Of a stretch of 64,000 nucleotides of DNA, positions 52,688 through 62,021 are shown piece by piece. The stretch is from Promethearchaeia archaeon (lineage in GTDB: Archaea; Asgardarchaeota; Lokiarchaeia; Sigyniarchaeales; SOKP01): NCBI GenBank assembly GCA_046483985.1, contig JAWOCD010000099.1, positions 68,648 through 132,647 on the forward strand, written 5' to 3'. The position numbers and the translations under genes were made by a program. Under the pieces are notes generated by a model. It was not told the DNA's origin, made no database searches, and was given only the letters and a program-made list of their open reading frames with translations. The first letter of the stretch is position 1; every line of letters begins with the position of its first letter.

Positions 52688-52941
52688 TGATATCTTTAGA
52701 AGATGCATTATTCAATGCTAAGAAATTTATTGCGAAATTGAAAGGATTGGATCAAGAACTGAGCGGCAGACCATTAATCGATTATTTAGATTTTACTCCT
52801 CTAAAAACAGAAGAAAATCCCAATAATTATTTATTATATGTAGAATTGCTTTCAGGATTATTTAATCAAAACCGCAATAAATTCAAAATTAAGGTAAATA
52901 AAGAAACGGGGAATGTAGAAGACATTGAAAAGGTTGACTAA
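52688..52941 (+). CDS. Small protein coupled to a PIN gene (putative antitoxin)
   Basis: Likely start MISLEDA; overlaps the downstream PIN gene; KIKVNKETGNV is PepSY-like. Confidence 0.6.
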
Positions 52942-53386
52942 GAATAAAATTATCATTGATACAGGCCCCTTATTAGAATATTTCAAATTGATTGTTGAAG
53001 ACCACTACAATAGATTAACGACTTCGAAAAGGAATCGACTGGTACAATTTTTAGAGCTATTTAAGGGAAAAACATTAATTATTGTTCCTCAGATAATGGC
53101 AGAAATATATTCCTTGTTAAAGCGCGATGCAAATGACTCTGAATCTCAATTACAGAATTGGCTTGAAATATTGGAAAACCCCCATCTTATGAATCTCTTC
53201 GAAAATTATATTGAAAAAGGAGATATCTTAAAAGATAAAAAATACCGAGAATTTGGTTTTACCGATATAGCTCTACTAAAGAATTTAAATGAACAGAATT
53301 TTCTTCTAACTCTTGATTTTTCTCTTGCTAAATACTGTAAATATAAAGGATTTGAAGCCTATCATCTCGAAGAGGTATTTTTCTAA
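52925..53386 (+). CDS. PIN-domain protein
   Basis: IIIDTGPL, IMAEI, FGFTDIALL, LLTLDFSL. Confidence 0.88.
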   Translation: MKRLTKNKIIIDTGPLLEYFKLIVEDHYNRLTTSKRNRLVQFLELFKGKTLIIVPQIMAEIYSLLKRDANDSESQLQNWLEILENPHLMNLFENYIEKGDILKDKKYREFGFTDIALLKNLNEQNFLLTLDFSLAKYCKYKGFEAYHLEEVFF

Positions 53387-53434
53387 GTTATATTTATTTG
53401 CTCGAATAGGCCCAAATTATAGTGAAAAGCATTT

Positions 53435-53548
53435 CTATTCAGAAGAGTTGCTTATACCATTATGCCATGTATAGAAGATATCTATTCCCTCAATTTCTTC
53501 CAATAGGCGGATTAGTATCACAGCATCAAATAACTTCTTGATACTCAT
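53435..53548 (-). pseudogene. Truncated PIN toxin N-terminus
   Basis: MSIKKLFDAVILIRLLEEI... starts by ATGA overlap with the upstream HTH gene and stops after 37 aa. Confidence 0.5.
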
Positions 53549-53817
53549 CTAAGAATCACTTTCTTGGCATTCTGCTTCACAAACTCATAGGCTCGCTCGT
53601 AGGACCAGCCCATTAATTCGGCAATTTTGGAAATTCCAATTTTACCCTCCTCATACATCTTAAGGAATATCTTTTTATAATTAAGTTTATCCGCTTTTAT
53701 GGATGGCTCCACATACTCTGGAAAGCTCTTATAAATAAATGCCAGGATCTCATCGGTAGTAAATTCATTAAAATCTTGCTTAATATTTTCCATAACTCTT
53801 TCCAGTTTTTGGTCCAT
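53545..53817 (-). CDS. Antitoxin-like protein with UPF0175-like HTH (probably 5'-truncated)
   Basis: EILAFIYKSFPEY; MYEEGKIGISKIAELMG. Confidence 0.6.
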   Translation of the reverse strand: MDQKLERVMENIKQDFNEFTTDEILAFIYKSFPEYVEPSIKADKLNYKKIFLKMYEEGKIGISKIAELMGWSYERAYEFVKQNAKKVILR

Positions 53818-53900
53818 CTTCTTACTCTCTTCATCTTGAAGTTGGCGGTATTTTATCCATTGCTCTTTAAAGAAATAAAATTCTAAAGGATGATTTAGTT

Positions 53901-54047
53901 TTAAGAAGTTAATCCAAATATTTCCTCATCACGGATAATTTGGTGAGCATATCGAAGGACTGCAAGAATATCCTTCATTTCAAGATCATATTCTTCTTGA
54001 ATTTGTTTATAACTCCACCCTGAGGCAAGTAACTCTAAAATAAAATC
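53901..54047 (-). pseudogene. DUF433-family antitoxin, C-terminal fragment
   Basis: DFILELLASGWSYKQIQEEYDLEMKDILAVLRYA; no start; not in ORF track. Confidence 0.75.
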
Positions 54048-54067
54048 TTTTCTAAAACTGTTCTCAT

Positions 54068-54274
54068 TTATCCCGACCTAGTGGAGTAAGCATGAACTGC
54101 GCGATTTTTGGCCCCCTTGATAATTTTCTCCATCCCAATTGGTTGATCCCCCACTCCAGAATTAGCATCAATATGAAAAAGGGAAATTTGCTTAAAATAC
54201 TTAAGGAATGCTCGTTTAGTCCCTTTTATTTTGGTTGGATTCTGGGATCTAACGGAGATATGAACCTTTTCCAT
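54068..54274 (-). pseudogene. yjjX: 3'-truncated inosine/xanthosine triphosphatase (YjjX/DUF84)
   Basis: SQNPTKI...AF...SGVGDQPIG...KGAKNRA is the YjjX N-terminal third, then a premature stop. Confidence 0.8.
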
Positions 54275-54282
54275 TGTTTAAG

Positions 54283-54903
54283 TCAAAAATTTAATAAATC
54301 AATACTATAGGTATTCTTAACTAAAGAATATAATTTATGCATTGGAAATCCTATAACGTTCGATGGACTGCCTTCAATTTTTTCTATGAATAAGCTTGCT
54401 TTTTCCCGTATAGAATATGCCCCCGCACGGCCTTTCCATTCATTAGATTGTATATAATACCGAATTTGCTCGTCTTCCAGACTTGAGAACGTGACTTTTG
54501 TGATATCATAATCGGTTAAAATCTCATCTTTCTGTGAATGTGTTATGGCGATCCCAGTAAGGAGTCTATGGTCTTTTCCCATTAATTCTTTTAGAATTGT
54601 AAATGCATCCTCTTTGTCTTTCGCTTTTCCGATTACCCGATTTTTATACTCCACTATTGTATCAGCTGCAATAATAAGTGACGCTGGTTCTTTTTTAGTA
54701 GTTTTTTTGACATTTATCGCCTTTTGTTTTGCAAGCACCTTGACTAATTTAATTGGATCAGTAACTTCTATTTTATATTTATCCTCATTGATATTCGAAA
54801 CTTTAATTTCAAAAGGAATTCCGATTCTCTGTAATAATTTTTTACGGTCTCGAGATTGAGAAGCAAGGATTACTCGGACGGGAAAATCTTTATTTTCTTC
54901 GAT
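54283..54903 (-). CDS. maf: Maf-family nucleoside triphosphate pyrophosphatase
   Basis: ILASQSRDR (upstream of the ORF-track start), AADTIV, IGKA, GRAGAY, GSPSNVIGFP; start proposed at ATC 54903. Confidence 0.92.
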   Translation of the reverse strand: MEENKDFPVRVILASQSRDRKKLLQRIGIPFEIKVSNINEDKYKIEVTDPIKLVKVLAKQKAINVKKTTKKEPASLIIAADTIVEYKNRVIGKAKDKEDAFTILKELMGKDHRLLTGIAITHSQKDEILTDYDITKVTFSSLEDEQIRYYIQSNEWKGRAGAYSIREKASLFIEKIEGSPSNVIGFPMHKLYSLVKNTYSIDLLNF

Positions 54904-55780
54904 CGTGGGGTTCCACCTTATCGGGATATAGCCTAATGATATATTTCTGAATCCTTCTAATAAAATTTGTATCAGAGAATGGATATTTTTTTTTGGCTCG
55001 TTTCTTTACATCGTCAAAAATTTCAATAGCAACTTTTTCTGGTTCAAAGAATTTACCCAACTTATCAATATGTTCTTTAAAATCACCATCTTTGAGAGGA
55101 ACAACGAAATATTCTTTAAAAATGTTGTCGGCATGATTTTCTTTATAATTCAATATTAATTGTTCAAGTAATTTTGATTTCTCATCAATGGCTAATATAG
55201 CATTCTTTTCTTTTTCAATCGATGGATTAAATTTTATACGCTCCGGATCCAGAGTACGTTGATACTTCTTAAGACTCTTTAAACTCTCTTTCTTAAGGAA
55301 TTTAAGAGACATATCTAAGACTTTGTTTGCTTTTTTACTTAAGCGTTTTCTAAGAAATGAAGGAATGTCTTTTGAAGCATCTGTAAACGATATTTCTTTT
55401 TTTCTCTCTGGTTCTGATCGTGCAGAGATAGTTTTTGATTTTGCAGAACTACTGGTCCTTGATTTAACTTTTTTGGTTGGCTTTCTCCTTGGTGAACTGG
55501 TTTTTGATTTGCGTTTCTTGATTGACTTTTTTTTACTCTTGGAAGACGTTGGCTCTTTGGATACCTTTTCTGTAGTTGACTCGGACGAGATTTCTTGAGC
55601 CAAGGATATCCACTTATTTGCCGATTTCCTTCCAATACCTTTTATTTTAACCAAATTATCCTTGGAACTTTTGGCTAATTCCTCAACATTCGCTATGCCC
55701 GCATCCTTTAATTTTCCTGCTGCTGTAGGGCCTATACCCTTAATTTCTGTAAGCGGGTGCTGTTTCGACATATTCCCCAT
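54890..55780 (-). CDS. Helix-hairpin-helix DNA-binding protein with K/S-rich linker
   Basis: LTEIKGIGP..AGKL..AGI and LVKIKGIGRKSA tandem HhH motifs. Confidence 0.8.
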   Translation of the reverse strand: MGNMSKQHPLTEIKGIGPTAAGKLKDAGIANVEELAKSSKDNLVKIKGIGRKSANKWISLAQEISSESTTEKVSKEPTSSKSKKKSIKKRKSKTSSPRRKPTKKVKSRTSSSAKSKTISARSEPERKKEISFTDASKDIPSFLRKRLSKKANKVLDMSLKFLKKESLKSLKKYQRTLDPERIKFNPSIEKEKNAILAIDEKSKLLEQLILNYKENHADNIFKEYFVVPLKDGDFKEHIDKLGKFFEPEKVAIEIFDDVKKRAKKKYPFSDTNFIRRIQKYIIRLYPDKVEPHDRRK

Positions 55781-55905
55781 TACATTATAACATAACTTTA
55801 TTATGTTATAATTTTTTATTTTTTCTAAATTTTATTAATCAACTTGTTTAAATATTAATAATTTCTAACTCAATATTATTTTTAAAACAAAATAAACGAT
55901 CATAA

Positions 55906-57012
55906 ATGATTTCATTTAATTGGTTCCTCTTACTTATATTTTCCTATTTTTTACTGCTCTTTGGTTATTTACACTTTTCTGATATAGAAGATATTAAGAA
56001 CAACTTTTTAGGGTTTGGTGCGCTATTTTTTGTGTTCATTCATCTCCTAATCTTTCTGAACTTAATGTATCAAGACCCCCATTTAATGTCAAATATTACC
56101 CGAATGTGGGAGTTGATCTTAGGTATGCCACTTCTTTTTATTGGTTCACTCATGATTATGTGGAGTGGCCTTGTTTTGGTCTATAAAGCAATATTTGGAT
56201 CTAAGGATTTTTCGAAGCTTGAAGTTAAATCACAAGAAAAAATGATGAAAATGGAAAAAGCAAAAAGGGATTCTTATCGTAAAATTAGCCACGTCTTAAT
56301 TTTTATTGGTTTGTTCATTGTCTGGTATTTAGCAGTGGATTATGTGAAAAATTCTGGAGAACCGTGGGTGGGTATGACTCCTGCTGAGAACAATATGTTG
56401 AAATTATATTTTCGGATTATTTCAGAACGGTGTGTCATTAAAGATATTATTCTTTCATTAGGATGGTTTTATACTTTAATTTTCGTCTTTTTCTATAGTC
56501 TTTGCATGCTTTTTTTAGTCAACGAAATTACCCGAAAAACCAAATATTTCCGATTCCCCTTTAATTTACTCCCAAAAATGGTGATGACGGAAGATGAGAT
56601 AAAATCATATGGTACTTATTTGTATTTTGCAATCGGACAAATGTTTGCCGCTTTCTTATGTCCTCCTATGGTCTATTTTGCTATTTTAGGTATGAGTAGT
56701 ATTGGAGATCTTATGACAAGTCAAATAGGAATTAGATTTGGAAAGAGAAAAATCTTGTGGAATAAGAAGAAGACTTGGATGGGAAATATTGCTGGCACTA
56801 TTACTAGTTTTTTAATCTGCTATATTTTTGTTGGATTGTGGTGGAGTTTAATTTTTACCATTGCGTTTATATGCATTGACCTTTTCACAAACGAACCATT
56901 TAAAGTATCGGATAATCTGCTTATACCTATTGGATGTACCATTTTATTTGTTCTTCTGAGGTTTTATCTTGATTTGAATTATGTTTCATTAATCCTTAAT
57001 TTTGTGAAATAA
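55906..57012 (+). CDS. CTP-dependent dolichol/phytol/diacylglycerol kinase-family membrane protein
   Basis: RKISH, GDLMTSQIGIRFG, KKTWMG, DNL. Confidence 0.85.
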   Translation: MISFNWFLLLIFSYFLLLFGYLHFSDIEDIKNNFLGFGALFFVFIHLLIFLNLMYQDPHLMSNITRMWELILGMPLLFIGSLMIMWSGLVLVYKAIFGSKDFSKLEVKSQEKMMKMEKAKRDSYRKISHVLIFIGLFIVWYLAVDYVKNSGEPWVGMTPAENNMLKLYFRIISERCVIKDIILSLGWFYTLIFVFFYSLCMLFLVNEITRKTKYFRFPFNLLPKMVMTEDEIKSYGTYLYFAIGQMFAAFLCPPMVYFAILGMSSIGDLMTSQIGIRFGKRKILWNKKKTWMGNIAGTITSFLICYIFVGLWWSLIFTIAFICIDLFTNEPFKVSDNLLIPIGCTILFVLLRFYLDLNYVSLILNFVK

Positions 57013-57134
57013 GATTATTTTACTATTTTTAATATTTGGTTTACTCTTGAAGAGTATTTAAATTTTACAGAGATCTAATAAAATAATTGTTTGTTTAGTT
57101 AAATGAAAAATTAGGTATACAAAAAGGATATAAT

Positions 57135-58175
57135 ATGTGGTTTCTACCAACTAGCATTATTATGATAATAGGGGGACTTGCGGTCTTTATCTATTCCTTA
57201 CAACACATAAGGGAAAAAAGACAAAAACATCTCTTTACTAATGAGCTGTTAGTAGGATTTTTATTTGTCCTTTCAGGTATTCTCTTTCCATGGACATTTC
57301 AATCTCATTCACAGAATCTACCTTCATCTACTTTAAATTTTCTCTGGTTTTCAACCTCTTTATTATTAATTGTAGAAGTTGTTATTTGGACTACGGTGTT
57401 AATGATAAATAAGAAAAAATCCAAAAGAAACCAGAATTTAATGAAAGAAAGAAATTACAAAGACTTTTCTGAATATTTTCTCGAAAACTGGAAATATAAT
57501 TTCAAAAAGGATGTGGAGCGTAAATTTCTTCATTTATTACCGGTATTTGTAATCTTCTTCTTTTGGACTTTAGGAATGATTCTAAATTCCTTAGATATAC
57601 TTGCCGTATGGGGACTTGATGTCTATAGTTTTGCATTTTGGCTCATCATTACAGTAGGATATGCTTTTTGTATTATGTTTTTGATGGCAGACCTAGCACG
57701 ACTCAATCGTTATCATTGGCTTCCCGACTGGGCAAGAGCTTGGTATAAAAAATCTATGAAACCAAATGAACTTAATACATTTATATCATCTGCTCCGTTA
57801 GTACTCTCGTTTGTCCCATTTGTTTTCGCCCCATTTCCAATTTTTGCTGCTGTTGCATTGATCACCTCTGTTGCTGATGCGGCCGCATCCTTGATTGGTA
57901 AAAGATATGGAAAACGTAAATTTAACGAAAATTCTGTAAAGACGATAGAGGGTTATATTGCGGGAGCAAGCATGACTTTTTTGATTGTTATTATTATTTC
58001 GGGGGTTTATATTCAATGGTTAGCAGTAAATTTAGTTATTATTATATCTATGGCTTTAGTTGCAAGTGTAATTTTCTTTTTGGTTGATGCCTTCTTCTCA
58101 AAAAACATTACAGATAACATTTTAAATCCCCTCGGATGTGGGATTGGAATGTGGTTTATTGTTTTGATCCTATAG
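57135..58175 (+). CDS. Second dolichol/phytol kinase-family membrane protein
   Basis: RKFLH, ADAAASLIGKRYG, KTIEG, DNI. Confidence 0.87.
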   Translation: MWFLPTSIIMIIGGLAVFIYSLQHIREKRQKHLFTNELLVGFLFVLSGILFPWTFQSHSQNLPSSTLNFLWFSTSLLLIVEVVIWTTVLMINKKKSKRNQNLMKERNYKDFSEYFLENWKYNFKKDVERKFLHLLPVFVIFFFWTLGMILNSLDILAVWGLDVYSFAFWLIITVGYAFCIMFLMADLARLNRYHWLPDWARAWYKKSMKPNELNTFISSAPLVLSFVPFVFAPFPIFAAVALITSVADAAASLIGKRYGKRKFNENSVKTIEGYIAGASMTFLIVIIISGVYIQWLAVNLVIIISMALVASVIFFLVDAFFSKNITDNILNPLGCGIGMWFIVLIL

Positions 58176-58186
58176 AATAAGAGTAC

Positions 58187-58480
58187 TTATCCTCCGAAAT
58201 AGCCATAGAAGAGCGAGATATCATCTCCCTCTTTTAGTTTCCTATCTAAAAAATTTTCATCTCTAAAGGTCCTTCCATTTATTATAATACAAAGAAAATT
58301 GTTTAAATCATCTGGGTTTTTATCATCATATAAAAGTTCTTCAAAATCCTCCCCGTATTTCTCAGAGAGATAATTAAAAAGTTCTCTGAGCGTTATTCCA
58401 TCTTCAACCTTTAGGGTTTCATGGTGGCTTTTTGCTACTCTGTCAAATGGAGATTCATAATGAAGTTTTAAATTTATCAT
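58187..58480 (-). CDS. MoaD/ThiS/SAMP ubiquitin-like protein
   Basis: TLRELFNYL..KYG, IIING, LKEGDDISLF, C-terminal GG. Confidence 0.92.
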   Translation of the reverse strand: MINLKLHYESPFDRVAKSHHETLKVEDGITLRELFNYLSEKYGEDFEELLYDDKNPDDLNNFLCIIINGRTFRDENFLDRKLKEGDDISLFYGYFGG

Positions 58481-58601
58481 TATAAGGAATTTCCTTAAAG
58501 TTATCTGTTTATTTAGTTATATAAACTAAAGGTTTATATTTTTTTCCTTAATCATTTATAACTTTGAAATGAATATATATTAAAAAAAGATAAATAAAGT
58601 T

Positions 58602-59750
58602 TTAATCTTCCGCTTTTCCCTTTCCAAAATAGTAGAACTCCAATATTAAGGCAATTGCAAAAAAGGTGCCTATAGGAAACACTACAAGAAGGATTACCGA
58701 GGAAATTATGATCAAAGTTCTAATAATTCGAAGATCAATTGATTTAGTTTCCTCTCCAAGTGCAGAGGAAAACTTTTTCGACCAGAGCGAGGAAAGAAGT
58801 AGGATTACTCCCGGGATTAGATTTACCCATCCTAGAATAGTAATGAATGTCACAGTATCGTAAGTCACATAAGGGAAAATCAAATCTATAGCATCATAAA
58901 GTAAATCAGGAACAACAAAGACAAAGAGAAAACCGAGAAAAGTATGAATAATGCCCGCGAAAAAAAGAAAGAGGAAATAGTACAATGTTACGGTTTTCTC
59001 CTTTAACTTCCATCCATATTTATCCGCCAAGTTTTTCCGCAAGTTAACACTGATTAGTAAGCCAGCAGGCAATAAAATGAATAATGAAATCGGACCAAGC
59101 ATAAAAGGTAATTTAAAATTTCCCCCAATTAGTAGGCCCACGCTTAATCCTAACAAGATGCTGGTAAGGATATAAACGAGTTTTTCGATTATAAGATAGC
59201 GGAAACGCGAATTTCCCGTGAGAAGATTAAATTTATTGATTGTCCCTGAATCTCTAACTTCTTGATAAAGAGCCAGCCCCAAAAATAGGCCAATTGGAAT
59301 CAAAAATAGTAAAATTACAGAATTAAAAAATGCTAATACCCAGATAAGTGTTAAGATCTTTGAATTCTCATCCAACCACTGCTTTATTAGAGGGATTAAA
59401 CAAGTGGTTATCCCAAGGATAAATATTACCCACCCCACTATTTTAAATGCCCAAAGCATAGTCGGATTTAAAAAAGGATAAGCCATAACAATTGGGAGGG
59501 CGATTAGAAAGCTCGTTAGGAAAGTAGATCCCATTCCGAGAGCGATCTCGTATAACCCCGCACCAAGATAAAGAGAAAAGTTAGTCTTTTGGTGAAGAGT
59601 TCTTAGTCTTTTCGCAGATTTTTGAAGTATATTTTTTTTTCTTTTTCCTTCTTCTTTTTGCAAGCTCACTTCTTCTCCTTTAGCGTCTTCCTTTTGATCT
59701 GCTTTATTTTTCAATATCTTCTTTTCCTCCTTATGATCATTTTTGTTCAA
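58602..59750 (-). CDS. Multi-TM membrane protein with internal duplication
   Basis: Two similar blocks (GW..[FL]I[LP]G ... [IF]PIG[LT]F). Confidence 0.75.
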   Translation of the reverse strand: MNKNDHKEEKKILKNKADQKEDAKGEEVSLQKEEGKRKKNILQKSAKRLRTLHQKTNFSLYLGAGLYEIALGMGSTFLTSFLIALPIVMAYPFLNPTMLWAFKIVGWVIFILGITTCLIPLIKQWLDENSKILTLIWVLAFFNSVILLFLIPIGLFLGLALYQEVRDSGTINKFNLLTGNSRFRYLIIEKLVYILTSILLGLSVGLLIGGNFKLPFMLGPISLFILLPAGLLISVNLRKNLADKYGWKLKEKTVTLYYFLFLFFAGIIHTFLGFLFVFVVPDLLYDAIDLIFPYVTYDTVTFITILGWVNLIPGVILLLSSLWSKKFSSALGEETKSIDLRIIRTLIIISSVILLVVFPIGTFFAIALILEFYYFGKGKAED

Positions 59751-59751
59751 C

Positions 59752-61815
59752 TTACCACCACTCTCCTGAACCTTCGCCTACATCTGCTAATCGATTTGCC
59801 ATAGAGGAATACATAGAATAGACCTCATTTCCTTGAATTAAGGATGTGTTTTTACTTACAATCCAAGGAGGATGCACATTAATTCGGTTGGCAAAATGAA
59901 GGGCTTTTTCAATTTTAATATCCTCGATAATATAAAACTGATGATGGGCATCCATATGGAGTCCTTCTGTTTCCAAAACTTTGATTGAGTAATATTCCCA
60001 CAGCCAACTTGTGTGTCTTTGCGTCACATTTTTAATGATAGCAGTTCCGATATCTCCCGCTCTTTCATTCGGGAGAAAAACCATTCCATTACTTAGGGGC
60101 AAAAAGATATATAAGGGATCGTATTGGTAATTATATCGATAAATCCTTTTCGTTTCATTTTCGAGTAATGAAGGAGAATATTCTATTTCTTTTGTTGTTT
60201 TTCCTTTTTCCTTGGGTGAGAACTTTATTCCAATGGATCGTATGGAGTCATTAGCCCAGTCATGGCTTCCTGCGAATGTGACATCTAACCGAGTAAGATT
60301 ATATACTTCGTTACCAGTATCTGAATTTGAAGAATTATATTTCACCAAAGAGACATTTACCTCGGGATCCAGTTTCCCGCTTGTTACATGACTCGAAAAC
60401 TCTGCATTCAGAGGAAGGTCTTCTAATTCTAAAGATTTTTGGGTTTCTATCAACGAGAGAAAGTCATTAGAATCATTAAATATTTGGCCATTCCGTAAAT
60501 CCACTTGTAATTTAGGAGAATCTAATTCATCTGGAAAATTATCTGCTAAAATCGAGAGAATCTGAGAGCAATTTCTCTCTGCCGTGAGTACATTCGACTC
60601 TGCAGTTACACGTTCAATTGGATCTGGACCAATCCCCGTGGCATCTGTACACGTTGCTTGAAGCCATAATTTTTCTGCTTGTTTAAATTTTTCTTCAATG
60701 AGGGTTTTATTTCCATCATCTAAATTCTCATTATATTGGTCATAGACTTCACGGGTTGCAGAAATAATTTGGCGGGCCCGATAATTATTTGCAAGCATCT
60801 CTCCGTCATCTGTTGAATCTCCATTATTGGCTGCCCAAATATAACTTGAGTTGTATTTTGTAGTCCCCCAATTACATTCTGGTATATAATAATCTAATTC
60901 TCCAACCGCATCTACTTCTTTACAGTGTTTAGCCCAATCAGAACATTTCATAAATTCGTTTCCCTCTTGTTCTAACATTTCTAGTTCTTCCTCATATGCC
61001 GCAAGTTTTTCATCAGAAACTGTAAACTCTTCCTTTGCGTTCTGATCCTCAAAGCCGAGTTCTGCGTCTAAGAGAAAATTCCAAGAATGATAGTACCCTG
61101 CTTCCCATTGTGGTAAATAATCATATGTAAGAAGATTAATCTGTTTATCTGTCTCAGGATTTTCTAAAGTATGAACAGGATAATGCTCTCCGGGATATTT
61201 TGGCTTTTGGAAATCTTTTATTTGTTGGGCTGAAACTAACACCGTATCAATATTACCTGCATATTGACTATTTAATGCTGTAGCTAATCCATAGCCATAT
61301 TGCCCTTCTTGAAACAAGAGGGAGTTACTTCGCTTTTCCAATAGATTGACGTCCGAACTCATATTTTTTAACGTTTCATTCGCGTATTTTAAATTTAATT
61401 CTAAGACATCTGCAGGATATGAGTAAAAGAGTTGACTAAATTGAAGGCCGCAGATCAATTCCATTTGGTCTCTCTTTACTAATTTATCTGTTAATTCTGC
61501 TATATCCGAATACGCCTCATTGGTATAAATCTTATAAATCATTTCTGCCTGACACTCCACAGTAAAATCCCAATTCGGATGTTTCTCATATAATTGCAAT
61601 AATTTATGATATGGTTCTTTAATAATTCGATCCTCTACTTCCGTTTTTCCCAACCGATAATCTATGTTAAAATGAAAATAATTTGTTGTACACCGAGGAC
61701 CAATCCAAAAAAATCGGCTGAAAATACCCATTACCCCGACAAGTATAATTCCAATTAACGCCGCTGAAATACCTATTCGTTTCAAAAATTGTTTTTTATT
61801 TTTCCGAGATTGCAT
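59752..61815 (-). CDS. Membrane-anchored GH57/GH38-like (7-stranded barrel) protein
   Basis: N-terminal TM; FHFNIDY, PYHKLLQLYEKHPNWDFTVE, QMELICG, FQEG; family inferred. Confidence 0.6.
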   Translation of the reverse strand: MQSRKNKKQFLKRIGISAALIGIILVGVMGIFSRFFWIGPRCTTNYFHFNIDYRLGKTEVEDRIIKEPYHKLLQLYEKHPNWDFTVECQAEMIYKIYTNEAYSDIAELTDKLVKRDQMELICGLQFSQLFYSYPADVLELNLKYANETLKNMSSDVNLLEKRSNSLLFQEGQYGYGLATALNSQYAGNIDTVLVSAQQIKDFQKPKYPGEHYPVHTLENPETDKQINLLTYDYLPQWEAGYYHSWNFLLDAELGFEDQNAKEEFTVSDEKLAAYEEELEMLEQEGNEFMKCSDWAKHCKEVDAVGELDYYIPECNWGTTKYNSSYIWAANNGDSTDDGEMLANNYRARQIISATREVYDQYNENLDDGNKTLIEEKFKQAEKLWLQATCTDATGIGPDPIERVTAESNVLTAERNCSQILSILADNFPDELDSPKLQVDLRNGQIFNDSNDFLSLIETQKSLELEDLPLNAEFSSHVTSGKLDPEVNVSLVKYNSSNSDTGNEVYNLTRLDVTFAGSHDWANDSIRSIGIKFSPKEKGKTTKEIEYSPSLLENETKRIYRYNYQYDPLYIFLPLSNGMVFLPNERAGDIGTAIIKNVTQRHTSWLWEYYSIKVLETEGLHMDAHHQFYIIEDIKIEKALHFANRINVHPPWIVSKNTSLIQGNEVYSMYSSMANRLADVGEGSGEWW

Positions 61816-62021
61816 AAAAAAATATTAATTTAAAAATTTATAATTATTGTTCAAAAATTCCGATATTACGAGGAAATGAGATATTTAAATCTACTGGAAA
61901 CCCTTAAAGTTATGTCCTTACGAGAATATCGGGGGAATTATTTAGAGTTTAATAATTAAATTATATTGCTTTAAATCCAATTATTTTACTATCAAGAGTA
62001 GGATCTAAAAAAGTGTAAATT

